Of a stretch of 34,732 nt of DNA, positions 8,104-18,613 are shown one piece after another. The notes beneath the pieces were generated by a model, which searched no databases, was not told the DNA's origin, and saw nothing but the letters and a program-made list of their open reading frames with translations. Position numbers and translations under genes: made by a program. The DNA lies in assembly GCA_016839815.1 (NCBI GenBank), contig JAEOTM010000115.1, positions 1 to 34,732 on the forward strand, in the 5' to 3' direction. This stretch comes from Candidatus Hodarchaeota archaeon (GTDB taxonomy: Archaea > Asgardarchaeota > Heimdallarchaeia > Hodarchaeales > Hodarchaeaceae). The first letter of the stretch is position 1. Each line of letters begins with the position of its first letter.

Positions 8104-11100
8104 CTACTTTTTCTTCCTTTTGGTTGTCTTGAAATTAATAAGAAATATAACAGCTAATCCAACAAGTACTAAGCGGAATCCAGGAGTATCTACGCTAGGT
8201 TCAGTTAGAATTTTTTCCTCTAGGACGAGATTAATCAGCAATTCATCAGTGGCTATGTTTCCTGACGAGTCTCTCACTTCTAAATAGAGTGTGTGATTAC
8301 CAGCTGGCCATCCGACAAGATGAAGCACAATGTCTGATCCATCCCAGCTAAATTGACCTAATGAATCCTCATTCCGTTTGAACTCATAATTTGCGGGGTG
8401 TAAATCAAAAGCAGACCAAGTTAATTTGATATCTGGATCCCCGCTAACAAATCGACAATCTGAAATGTGAGTAAGCGTTGGTGTGGTTATATCTACCAAG
8501 GATACATAGGACGTACAGGTGTGAGACAAGCCGAATTGATCATAAACAACTAAAACGAACGCATGCGTACCCAAAGTTAGATCATCTAATGAAACTGAAA
8601 GATTAGTAGTAATTAATGTACCTGATGAACGTAAAGTACCGTCTACATAAATAGAGTAGTTATTCGGGTTTGCTTCAAGTATAAACCATCTTAGGAGATG
8701 ACCAGATGTCCCTTCAGATATGATTAAATCATTAGGTTGGATTATAAGGGGGGGAGTAAAATCTGTAACCTTAACGATTATAGATATTTCACCCACATTA
8801 GCAGATTCATCTTCAACAACCAACGTAAACTCGTAAATACCTGTTGATAATCCAAGTAAACTAACGAATACATAGGGGTCACCTGTGATTAATGGTTCAT
8901 CTTCGATGAGAGTGTTATTCCTGTATAATCGGTATTGAGAAGGATGAAGCTCGTTTACCAAAAATTCAAACCAATTCGGAGAATATAGAGGTTCATACTG
9001 AAGCCTTCCAATAGACATAATTAGAGGTTTAATTATATCTAACATTGTAACTTCAATAGAAGAGTAAAGACTGTTACCGGTAGCATCTCGGAAATAGGCG
9101 TCATATACATAAACACCGGGATCTAATCCAGCCCATGGAAGATCAAAAGTTCCATTATTTTCAACCCAAACACCAGTAGCAATCGATATGCCATCTCTTA
9201 AGATTTCATATGTACCTGGTCGTGAATCAAGATCCATGATTGACCAATATGGCAACTCAAGCTTAGTATAGTTGTGTTCAAATATGGTGATTTGGGAAGC
9301 TGGTCCAATAATCATTTCTGGTGGGTCAACATCAACAAGAGTAAAAGTCCATTGGTGGCTATAGAGATTACCCGCAAGATCATATACGTTAAAGAACAAC
9401 TCGTGAGGACCAACAGAAATAGCCAATGTATCGACATTAACACTTATAGGATTAGTATTTAGCCAGTCTCCTGTATGTAGGAGAGTGGTGTTATCCATTT
9501 TCAGCTCATAGTACCAAGGATTAGTATCATTTGCTGTTGCTGAGATCGTGTTTCCATAACCTAATAATGAAGAAGCGCTAGGAAGGGCAAGTAAATTGGG
9601 ATCTGTAACATCAATTGGTGTTATAGTAATGAAAACAGTGCTTTTTGCGATGTTATTACTCATGTCTTGAAGAACCATGGTGAAGTTCCAAATTCCTTCT
9701 ACTAACGTACCAGGTACAATAATATGTTTCATAGTCCAGTTTCGTGGATCATCTACATTCCATTTAAAGCAGAAATTATCCAAGTAGGTTAACGGAATAG
9801 GTAAACCATTGCGATACAAGGTTAAAGTGTATATAAAGTCTTCAGAGCACTCCCAATAAATTTCAATATTAGTGTAGTAATTTACTGGAAAAATCTCTTT
9901 TCCTGGAAGATAATCAATAATGGGATTGTCAACATCTTGGGGAACAATCTCAAGCCAAATCTGATCTGTTGCAATATTGTCGCTACTATCATTAAAGGCT
10001 ATCGTGATATTATAAACACCTACTGCTAATGGATTCGTCCCAGTGACAGGAACATCAACCAATGTTGCATTTGTCCAAGATCTAGTATCATATTCTGTGT
10101 CATTAATGAAAACAGTATAAAATCTCGGATAATCGTCTACAGCTTGCCAAGTAAAATTGTGGGTCAATGGAGATTCTGGATAAATATACATATCATCCCT
10201 GTAGAAAGGTTCGCGCAAAGTAATAGCGGGGGCCACCCTATCAGGTCTGAGAATAGTAATAGCAACTTCACAAGCAGAGAAGACCAGCTGAGCACCACTC
10301 TTTTCTGAGGTTACAATGATACCGAAATTATATGTATCTGGGGTAATGAAGTCTGGATCAGGAATTCTGAGGGTGATAATGACCTCTTGTTGCTCCATAG
10401 ATGTAACATTGACGATTCTAGAAGGATAAATGAGGTAATAATCCCATACAGTTGACTCAATGGTGAAAGTGTCATTTGAGTTACCAGTATTATTGATACT
10501 GAGAGTAAAATTCGTTTCCCAATTGGCAAATACTGTAGTATTTGTAGGTGATATAGTGGCCTCAACATCATAGGCTTCCGAAAAATTAAGAGTTAGACTT
10601 AATTGTTTATCAACAAAGGGTGTTAAGGAACTATTGGCTGTTACTTCGAAGTCATAAAGACCTGGACTAGGAAATACATCTGATTTATCAAAGACAAATG
10701 TAAAAGAGCTTAAGATATGATCATTAGGTTCTGAACCATAAGGATCTACATTAAACTCTTCTGACCATGTATGGTTGACCATTCCAGTATTCAGTTGAGC
10801 AGTGACATTAATTACATCATTCATATTTCCCAAATTTTGTCCTGAAAAATCGATGGATACATTGTCACCATGGTTAATTACCATTCCATCTAAAAGGTAT
10901 GATGCAAACTCAAGATCAACTCCATGGATCTCTGGAACAGTTAATACTGCAGTTTGGGTGATTGAGGAGTCGGGTAATTCATAATGGACACTTTGCAGAG
11001 AAGTAGCGGTAATATCAAAGGACCAATCCCCTGGAGGAGCATCTGTATATTCAGGTCCATAGATATTTAATCTTGCCGTACTTTGACCGGCCACCCCAAA

Positions 11101-12837
11101 TGGGTTAGTATTAGGCTCAATTATCGAACTAAAGGACGCTCCCTCTGTTTCACCAGGTAAATCCCCACCATATTCAATAGTAAAACTACCAGGGTCAGCC
11201 ACATCTGATCCTGAAAGTTTATAAAGGGCAGGATCTAAATCAAACTCATAACGGAAACCCTTGGGTAATCCCGAAACCTCTAGTTCTATTGTATCTGACT
11301 GATCAGGATTTAAATTCGAATTTGTCAAATCGATTTCAAATTGTTGAAAAGGACCATAAGGAGACGGAGCAAGGTCTTGAACTTTGGTTACTGTCATATC
11401 GAAATCGTAAATAGCTGAATAATCTTCTGTAACACTAACACCACTCGATTTGAACAAATCATTGGTGAAGATCGGTAACGGAGCGGATATGTCAAATTCT
11501 GGAAGATAGTACTTTTTACTCCCTATCCAAGATAGTAATCCCTCAAATTTCACCTTAATATATGGATGAAACACCATTCTCTTCAACCAATAAGTGAGTC
11601 CAGTTATCGAAAATTCTAGGTTAGAAATTAATTTATGACTCAGTATTGTAAATGAAGTCGATGCAGTTTGGTCTGCTTCGTTCCAACTGATTAAACGAGA
11701 ATTCCAAAGATTAGGAGAAGTTATCATAAATCCAGTAATTGACTCACCATAGAGATCAGTTTCCCCTAGGGAAACATAAAATGAGATCAAATCTCCCCAA
11801 CTTCCACCAAGACCACCAACTTTTACTTCAGGCAAAGTAAAGGAGATTTTGTCTCCACCAAGAGGGGTTGTAAACGATTTTTTCTCAGAAAAACCTCTAC
11901 TCTTTGAGTAACTTGATCTTAGTTTCCAACCTGCATACCACTTTCGTTTAGCACAATACCTTATTTTAAGTATCGGGGTTCTCTTGTATTTTTTGCATTT
12001 GCTCCAAACTCTCCACTTCCATTTTTTATATCCATATCTCATTTTAAAGGTGAATTCATATTCATTCCCATCAATGTTGAGGGGTATCACTTTACATGAA
12101 TATTCATATTCTTGTCCTTCAAATACTCTTGTTGGATGTGTTATTTCCAAATCTACTGGAAAATAGAGATTGATTTTCATATCAAATTTAAACCAAGCTT
12201 TGAATTTCTCAACAAGAGGTATTTTATATCGAATTGTCTTATCGATATGTACACTAGGTAAACGAAAACCAAACATAACTCGGTGAGTAGTTGTTGTGTA
12301 TTCAGGGACAAAATCCTCTGGCATTTCAGTTTTGGCTAGAACTGGGACTGAAATATTGGTAAATAATGAGTCTTTGAAATCAAAAACTCTTATAGCAGGT
12401 TTCTGAGAGTAAATTGTTTCTTCACTGTATTCTGTACCTTGGAGATTCGTCTTAAGTAGTAGGCTAGCTTTTTCAGGGGATTTTTCTTGGGTAACCTCCC
12501 AACCTTTTATGGTTTCTTTAGAGAATGAATACTCTGGTGAAGCTATCCAGCTATCATAGAGAGTTTTTTCTAAAATCCTCGAAATATCGGAGAATTCTTC
12601 AGGTGATAAAGGCATTGACACCTCAGAAGGAGAGATTTGCTGGTTTAGATCATTCTGGACATTTTCTTGGACATCGGATAATATATCATCGGATTCTTCA
12701 GCTAATTTCTGAAGACGGGTCTGAAGAGACTGTGCTTGAGAATCAATGTTTATAGTCGCTATACTCGAATATACTATAAGCGAAATAAGAACAAATGAAA
12801 CTATCTTTATTCTATAATCTTTTAATGAAACTTTCAT
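8104..12837 (-). CDS. Giant secreted, membrane-anchored surface glycoprotein (1577 aa) with ~7 Ig-like repeats and PGF-CTERM-like anchor
   Basis: N-terminal signal/TM, central CARDB/NEW3-like units (NTGNSNDTFTI), seven ~90-aa repeats (P.I..P......W...D..P..Y......W....DxxGN), many NxS/T sequons, and C-terminal TPGF + TM + KRKKK. Confidence 0.85.
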   Translation of the reverse strand: MKVSLKDYRIKIVSFVLISLIVYSSIATINIDSQAQSLQTRLQKLAEESDDILSDVQENVQNDLNQQISPSEVSMPLSPEEFSDISRILEKTLYDSWIASPEYSFSKETIKGWEVTQEKSPEKASLLLKTNLQGTEYSEETIYSQKPAIRVFDFKDSLFTNISVPVLAKTEMPEDFVPEYTTTTHRVMFGFRLPSVHIDKTIRYKIPLVEKFKAWFKFDMKINLYFPVDLEITHPTRVFEGQEYEYSCKVIPLNIDGNEYEFTFKMRYGYKKWKWRVWSKCKKYKRTPILKIRYCAKRKWYAGWKLRSSYSKSRGFSEKKSFTTPLGGDKISFTLPEVKVGGLGGSWGDLISFYVSLGETDLYGESITGFMITSPNLWNSRLISWNEADQTASTSFTILSHKLISNLEFSITGLTYWLKRMVFHPYIKVKFEGLLSWIGSKKYYLPEFDISAPLPIFTNDLFKSSGVSVTEDYSAIYDFDMTVTKVQDLAPSPYGPFQQFEIDLTNSNLNPDQSDTIELEVSGLPKGFRYEFDLDPALYKLSGSDVADPGSFTIEYGGDLPGETEGASFSSIIEPNTNPFGVAGQSTARLNIYGPEYTDAPPGDWSFDITATSLQSVHYELPDSSITQTAVLTVPEIHGVDLEFASYLLDGMVINHGDNVSIDFSGQNLGNMNDVINVTAQLNTGMVNHTWSEEFNVDPYGSEPNDHILSSFTFVFDKSDVFPSPGLYDFEVTANSSLTPFVDKQLSLTLNFSEAYDVEATISPTNTTVFANWETNFTLSINNTGNSNDTFTIESTVWDYYLIYPSRIVNVTSMEQQEVIITLRIPDPDFITPDTYNFGIIVTSEKSGAQLVFSACEVAITILRPDRVAPAITLREPFYRDDMYIYPESPLTHNFTWQAVDDYPRFYTVFINDTEYDTRSWTNATLVDVPVTGTNPLAVGVYNITIAFNDSSDNIATDQIWLEIVPQDVDNPIIDYLPGKEIFPVNYYTNIEIYWECSEDFIYTLTLYRNGLPIPLTYLDNFCFKWNVDDPRNWTMKHIIVPGTLVEGIWNFTMVLQDMSNNIAKSTVFITITPIDVTDPNLLALPSASSLLGYGNTISATANDTNPWYYELKMDNTTLLHTGDWLNTNPISVNVDTLAISVGPHELFFNVYDLAGNLYSHQWTFTLVDVDPPEMIIGPASQITIFEHNYTKLELPYWSIMDLDSRPGTYEILRDGISIATGVWVENNGTFDLPWAGLDPGVYVYDAYFRDATGNSLYSSIEVTMLDIIKPLIMSIGRLQYEPLYSPNWFEFLVNELHPSQYRLYRNNTLIEDEPLITGDPYVFVSLLGLSTGIYEFTLVVEDESANVGEISIIVKVTDFTPPLIIQPNDLIISEGTSGHLLRWFILEANPNNYSIYVDGTLRSSGTLITTNLSVSLDDLTLGTHAFVLVVYDQFGLSHTCTSYVSLVDITTPTLTHISDCRFVSGDPDIKLTWSAFDLHPANYEFKRNEDSLGQFSWDGSDIVLHLVGWPAGNHTLYLEVRDSSGNIATDELLINLVLEEKILTEPSVDTPGFRLVLVGLAVIFLINFKTTKRKKK

Positions 12838-15800
12838 GTCCTAAACCTCCTTTTAAACATAAATATCTTTCTAAACACAATTATTACTGAAATGATCAGT
12901 AAGCTAGTTAAAAAATCAAATCCTGGAGCTCCTTGAGATTTTTCTATAGTAACTCTAACATCATCCATGGCAAAATTCCCCGAAACATCAAATACTACAC
13001 AACGAAAGTGATATTCTCCAATTTCGAAGAATCGTAAATCGAAGGCAATGTCGGAACCATCCCAAGCGGCATCAACAAGAGAACTACCGTCAGTAAGGTT
13101 AATAATTTGATAGCGGGCAGGAGCACGATCAGAAGCAATCCATGTTATAATCCCAGATCCTTTTGATACAATCATGTCAGGAACAGGAGTTATTTCTGGG
13201 GGATCCAGATCTCCTTCAACAGTAACCACAACTGATCTTGTTTCATTGTTCTTATAGCTATCCCAAGCAAAAATCTCAATCGTATAAGTCCCGATACCGA
13301 GACCATCAACTGAAACATTGACACCAATATTAGGGATAGACCAGGTATGCTCAGAAATGAGAGAGGTATCAATGAATACTTGATATCCCTCTGGATGTTG
13401 ATCAAATAAGAAAAAGCTAATTATGTTACCTGTAGTACCATATATAATGTTTAAATCTGCCGGATGAGAGATTTCTGGTGATGTAATGTCATAAATACTT
13501 CCTGGTGATACTTTTACAATTGTACTACCTGATGCACTATTACCTGCTTCATCCCACACGGTGAGAGTAAATTCCCAAGTACCAAGTGGGAGAGATACAA
13601 ATGAATATTGAACTAGTCCAGACGACCAATGACCTAGAGAATAGACAATTGTTCCATTTCGATAAATCACACACACACTTGGATGTTCATCAAAAACTTC
13701 CCAAGTTATCGTTCCACGCATATTTTCAGCTATAACTTGCTCCGCGGGATCACTGACTGTTGGTGGTGTTGTATCAGGTACTAATGGAGTGACTATTACC
13801 TGAACGGCATCAAAAGCTGTATTCCCCGATAAATCCCAAAGAGTGATGTTATATAGATATGTACCAATTGGTAATCCATCAACGTTTAAGGTTATATTCT
13901 CTCCATGCCAAGGAGAATATACTAAAACCTCATCGTCTTTTGAGATTTGGTATGCATAAGGATGAGCATCAGCACAAATCCAATCCAATGTATTATCAAC
14001 TGAATCAACCTCATAAATAAGTGATCCAGGAGAAGTGATACTTGGAGAATCAACATCTGGAACAAATGGTGCAACAGTTACAATAACTACATCGAAAGCC
14101 TGATTACCTGCTTCATCCTCGAGCGTGCAATTAAAAAGGTAGGTACCCTCTGTAAGTCCGTCTAAAGGAATGTTGATGTCATTTCCAATCCACACTTGAC
14201 TATAAATCAACGTTGCATCTCGTTGTACCGTCGCCCATCGAGGAGCCCTATCATCTGATGTAATCCATGTAATTGAGTAACCAATACTCCCTTCCTCGAA
14301 AGAAATATCAGCGGGAGAGGATATTGTTGGAGGAGTAATATCAGGAGTTCCAGGTAAAACGGTCACCCAGACTTCATCAGATGCTGTTGCTCCCCCTGCA
14401 TTACTACATACTAGTGTAAAATTATGTAATCCCTCTTCAAGTCCATCCAGGGAAAGTATAACGGAAGTTGTCCAATTACCAGTTTTGTGAACAGTGTTAT
14501 TTTTATAAACCGTATAGTTTGCTGGAATAGGATCTGATACGGTCCATAGTATAGAATAACCAGGTTCACCAAAGTTCATAGAAAAGTCATTAGGACCAGT
14601 TATAGTAGGAACGGATAAAATGGTTTGGAATGATGAAGTACTTGAGGAATACCAATTACCAGTGCTATCAGCACAATGAACCTGGATATTGTGATTACCG
14701 TTGTCGGTCATAGGAATGACAGTATTACCAGGGATTGCCAAAATAGGATCACCATCAACGGAATAGCCTGCCCAGTCTACTGGGTTTGGGATAGAATAAT
14801 CAAGTAGCAAACCTTCAATGAGGTTAGCTCCTACCTCGTACCCAGATTCAAAATTAAAACCAACAGCATCATACCATGTCCCATAGTTAGGATTACAGCC
14901 TGACCAATGAGTACCTGTGGAGAAGAAGTAGAAATGTGTTGGTGCATTGAAAAATGTGTAGCTGTAACCAGCACCATAAAGCACACCATCGAAAACCACT
15001 TGATACCCTCCTTGTGAAATATCAAAGTCAATCTGCATATGATGCCACATATTCTTAGTTACGACATTATCACCCACAACTACCCTATCAACCCAACGAT
15101 TGGCGTAAAGATCCATGTTCTCTACACCAAACTCGATAAACCCACCCTCTCCTACTACTGCAAATTTAGTAGCATCCGTAGCTGAATCTGTATCTTTGTA
15201 GAACCAAAACTCGATTATTCCCTTGGTGACATTGGAAGTGAAATATTTATGAAGTGCGGCACGTGTACCTCCTCCAGCTTTTCGCATGTGAGCAACATTC
15301 TTATGACCATCAAGTTCTGCTTCGACTCTGACAAATCCACTACCATCAGGAATCCCATATGCCCACCCTATTGGCAATTCACCTGGTGGAGTATTTTCAA
15401 AGCCGTAAGGGCCAGCATAATAACCCTCCATTGGTGAAAAATAAGTCAATGGTTCAGGTGAAACAATTATGGGATTGGTCTCAATGGACGCTATTGAATC
15501 TAACACATTGCATTTACGAACAAAAACCCAGTCAACTTCAATTGAAGTTTTATCTGACCCATCATATTGATAATCATGATAAGAGTAGGAGTGTAATGCT
15601 CTTCCTATCTGTCCAGGTTTAACAATTGAGCGCATTTCCGCACTATAACCATAACCCAGACCAGAATTACCTGAATGGGTTAATATTCTTACTCCGTACA
15701 AACCATCTGGTGTCGTGGTGCTATCAGTATGTGTCAAGATGGCGGATTCATTATCATATTGGACTAGTGAATCAGAGAGCCAACGAATCTCACCATTAAA

Positions 15801-17465
15801 CCAAGTTCTTTGAGGGACTACTAGGTCTTCAATAGTTCCAATTGCAGAACTCACTGTGTAAACTTTATCACCACGTTCCAGCATACCAAATGATAACCCA
15901 TTTGTCATATTTGTACCAAAAGATTGACGAGGCCAATCAACTTCAAAATCACTTAATCCTAGAGATGAACCAGCCCCAAAGGTATTAGGAGTATCAGTAT
16001 ATAGGGTAACAGTGCCACCTGATACAGTTAAAGTACTATAAGTATCAGTTCGACTCCACCACTTAGTAGCATTAAGAGAACTTCCAAGGAAGTCCTCAAA
16101 AAATAAGAAAGTGGCTTCCCCATTGCTCTCCGATATTAAACTAGAATCGCCATATAACATGTTAAACCTATTGGTTTCAGCAGTTGGAATCTTTACCCAG
16201 ATGGTAGATGTACCAGAAGTATTCCAATATTGTACCCAATAATTGAGAGGGTTATCGTTTTCATCGGTAAAACGAATATCGCTCCCGCCAGGAGTACTTT
16301 GTGAATAATCAAAGTTATTAGGATTCAATTCAATCTTAACTTGGTAATCAGATTCTGGAGTGGCAGGATTAATGTTTATGATACTTTTACATAATCCATC
16401 AATGGTTACAATAGGTTCAACAGGATTACATTCACGAACAAGCAGCCATTCACAGTGTAATCGCTGATCGTCATCGGAAGGATACCGATTCCAGCTATAA
16501 AATCTCAACGCTCTTCCAGTTTGCCCCCAAGACACAACTGAAGTAGCCATAGCTCCATAATGAGCCCCTGCAGGAAAATCAACCATTCTGGCTGATAATT
16601 GTATAGTAAGAGGATCACTAGGGATGCATTGGGTCTTAATGATGGGAGTTGTACCATTATGGAATTCGACTAACTGATTTCCTAGCCATCGAATTTCCCC
16701 AAAGAACCAGCTTTCATAGGGGACTGTGTTAAACGTTCTTGTATCATAGCCATACAGTCCACTTATTGTTTCATCATAAGTACTGCAAGTATCATCGTTA
16801 AACAATGCAGATTTGGTCGATGTAGTTCCAAAACCAGCCCCATGATTAATAACAATGTCAGAAAAACCAATACTTACACCCTGAGCGTGATATTGGGTTA
16901 CAGAAGCGGAAGTCAGTATCAGTTGACTGCTATTTACATTTACATTGGAATATGAATCTCCCTCAAAGACCCACTTACTAGAATTAAGACTATTAAAATC
17001 ATCAAAGAAAAGGAAAGTGGTCTCTCCATTACTTTCAGACATTGCAGAGGGATTACCATAGTATAAATGAATGGTAGATGTCCCCGCGGTGGGTATTTTC
17101 ACCCAGATAATCGATTCTCCGACTGGATTCCAAGTTTCCATCCAATAACTCAATTTATTATCTGAAGAATCATAAAATCGAATATCACTCCCATCACCAT
17201 TAGCTTTAGCATAATTAAAATTGTATGTATTAAGGATAACCTTAACTTGATAATTATCCAACGGTGTGGTTGGCTTAATAGTCAGAATACTTTCATAGAT
17301 CCATCCTACAGGAATATCTTGAACCTTAGCGCTCGTGTCAGACAAATCTTGGTATTTTATTTCCTTAAAATTATTTCTTGAATCATTAACCGTAAATAGA
17401 ACCAAAAATATTACGGTAACAACAATTATCATTTTTATGTAAACTTTATAATAATTAACTCGCAT
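12834..17465 (-). CDS. Giant surface protein (1543 aa): two DUF2341 modules, ConA/LamG-like domain, ~6 Ig-like repeats, PGF-CTERM-like anchor
   Basis: Twice YQVK..L...NF.Y......GSDIRF.D....L.YW...WN.....IWVKIP.......YG......SNGE.TFLFF.DF. GIIEFWFY...WHHMQIDFD is lectin-like. Ends in APGF + TM + KRRFRT. Overlaps the downstream gene by ATGA. Confidence 0.88.
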   Translation of the reverse strand: MRVNYYKVYIKMIIVVTVIFLVLFTVNDSRNNFKEIKYQDLSDTSAKVQDIPVGWIYESILTIKPTTPLDNYQVKVILNTYNFNYAKANGDGSDIRFYDSSDNKLSYWMETWNPVGESIIWVKIPTAGTSTIHLYYGNPSAMSESNGETTFLFFDDFNSLNSSKWVFEGDSYSNVNVNSSQLILTSASVTQYHAQGVSIGFSDIVINHGAGFGTTSTKSALFNDDTCSTYDETISGLYGYDTRTFNTVPYESWFFGEIRWLGNQLVEFHNGTTPIIKTQCIPSDPLTIQLSARMVDFPAGAHYGAMATSVVSWGQTGRALRFYSWNRYPSDDDQRLHCEWLLVRECNPVEPIVTIDGLCKSIININPATPESDYQVKIELNPNNFDYSQSTPGGSDIRFTDENDNPLNYWVQYWNTSGTSTIWVKIPTAETNRFNMLYGDSSLISESNGEATFLFFEDFLGSSLNATKWWSRTDTYSTLTVSGGTVTLYTDTPNTFGAGSSLGLSDFEVDWPRQSFGTNMTNGLSFGMLERGDKVYTVSSAIGTIEDLVVPQRTWFNGEIRWLSDSLVQYDNESAILTHTDSTTTPDGLYGVRILTHSGNSGLGYGYSAEMRSIVKPGQIGRALHSYSYHDYQYDGSDKTSIEVDWVFVRKCNVLDSIASIETNPIIVSPEPLTYFSPMEGYYAGPYGFENTPPGELPIGWAYGIPDGSGFVRVEAELDGHKNVAHMRKAGGGTRAALHKYFTSNVTKGIIEFWFYKDTDSATDATKFAVVGEGGFIEFGVENMDLYANRWVDRVVVGDNVVTKNMWHHMQIDFDISQGGYQVVFDGVLYGAGYSYTFFNAPTHFYFFSTGTHWSGCNPNYGTWYDAVGFNFESGYEVGANLIEGLLLDYSIPNPVDWAGYSVDGDPILAIPGNTVIPMTDNGNHNIQVHCADSTGNWYSSSTSSFQTILSVPTITGPNDFSMNFGEPGYSILWTVSDPIPANYTVYKNNTVHKTGNWTTSVILSLDGLEEGLHNFTLVCSNAGGATASDEVWVTVLPGTPDITPPTISSPADISFEEGSIGYSITWITSDDRAPRWATVQRDATLIYSQVWIGNDINIPLDGLTEGTYLFNCTLEDEAGNQAFDVVIVTVAPFVPDVDSPSITSPGSLIYEVDSVDNTLDWICADAHPYAYQISKDDEVLVYSPWHGENITLNVDGLPIGTYLYNITLWDLSGNTAFDAVQVIVTPLVPDTTPPTVSDPAEQVIAENMRGTITWEVFDEHPSVCVIYRNGTIVYSLGHWSSGLVQYSFVSLPLGTWEFTLTVWDEAGNSASGSTIVKVSPGSIYDITSPEISHPADLNIIYGTTGNIISFFLFDQHPEGYQVFIDTSLISEHTWSIPNIGVNVSVDGLGIGTYTIEIFAWDSYKNNETRSVVVTVEGDLDPPEITPVPDMIVSKGSGIITWIASDRAPARYQIINLTDGSSLVDAAWDGSDIAFDLRFFEIGEYHFRCVVFDVSGNFAMDDVRVTIEKSQGAPGFDFLTSLLIISVIIVFRKIFMFKRRFRT

Positions 17466-17597
17466 ATCTCATACTTCCCACTAATAATCTCCGACTCTTC
17501 TCCTCTATTATGATTATTAGACGTTTAACTCCCATCTAGGACTTTTTCAAACTAATTAAGGAATCTCAACGGGAAACCGACTGGACTCGAAAGGAGA

Positions 17598-17638
17598 TGA
17601 ATTCAATTTCAATGAAATTTCTACTTCAAATGAAATAG
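17598..17638. promoter_or_regulatory. Tandem TTCA-N1-2-TGAA palindromes in divergent intergenic region (possible operator)
   Basis: AATTTCA-A-TGAAATT (17605-17619, perfect) next to CTACTTCA-AA-TGAAATAG (17621-17638, one mismatch). Confidence 0.35.
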
Positions 17639-17773
17639 TAATTACAGGATATTTGTGTATATATAATCTTCTAACTTAAAAACAAAATGAAGGATATTTT
17701 TTTTACATCCTGACAAAAAGTAATTAATCTCTTTACTATCAGAGTAACAGATATACTCGATGGCAAAGGAAGA

Positions 17774-18604
17774 ATGAAGATGAGTGTGGATTGGGAAGAG
17801 AAGTATAATCGGTTTGTAAGCGCCAGTAAGGAACAAAATAAGGAAGAAATGTCGAAAATTCAAGAAGAGGTTCAGGAATTTTTTTTAAATCCATCACAGG
17901 AAGATGTAGAATGGATTAAATCGTATTTGTCTGATGATAATAGAAAATGGTTTGTAGGGACGAATATCAGGGGATTAAGCGCGTTTTCAGAAGAGCTCTT
18001 TATCCCATTAATGTCTGCTGCAATAGAGGAAATAAATCCAGATTTTAATCGGACCTTTGTCGAACCCTGTATGAAAGCGTTTGGTGCAAGACGGGTGAAT
18101 GAATATCTATTACACATATTAGAGAGAGGTCCTCCTTTTGAACAGGCAGGCGCAGTTAACGCATTATATTGGGCACAAATACCCTTAAATTACGAGATGA
18201 AAAATATTGATATCGAAGCAGAACCAGATTCACAATTTACACTAAAAAATGCGACAGAAGAGTCACGGAAGGCGTATCTCGAGTTAGCGGACATTTGGCA
18301 GAAGAAGCATCTTTTATATTTAGAACATTTCGTAAAAAGTAAACATACAGAGGTACAACAAAGCCTAATTCCATCTTTAGATCTAAACGAGGAGCATTAT
18401 CCCGAATCTCATAAATTTCTGGTAGCTAAAGCAATAAAAATTGCCAAATCCCATCCAGATGAGTACATTCGCCATCGGTTGGGTGTACAACTAGGTACAG
18501 AAAAATACCTGAAACCTCTACCCTATAGAAGAAAGGATCATGGAAAGAAGAAGAAATCTTTGAAAGAGAGAATAGAAAGGATTTCAAAGAAATTCAAGGA
18601 GTAG
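17774..18604 (+). CDS. Hypothetical alpha-helical protein (AGAVNALYWA / DEYIRHR motifs)
   Basis: 276-aa ORF with a helical, HEAT-like pattern and a basic tail. No catalytic motif recognised. Confidence 0.75.
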   Translation: MKMSVDWEEKYNRFVSASKEQNKEEMSKIQEEVQEFFLNPSQEDVEWIKSYLSDDNRKWFVGTNIRGLSAFSEELFIPLMSAAIEEINPDFNRTFVEPCMKAFGARRVNEYLLHILERGPPFEQAGAVNALYWAQIPLNYEMKNIDIEAEPDSQFTLKNATEESRKAYLELADIWQKKHLLYLEHFVKSKHTEVQQSLIPSLDLNEEHYPESHKFLVAKAIKIAKSHPDEYIRHRLGVQLGTEKYLKPLPYRRKDHGKKKKSLKERIERISKKFKE

Positions 18605-18613
18605 GAAATTCGT

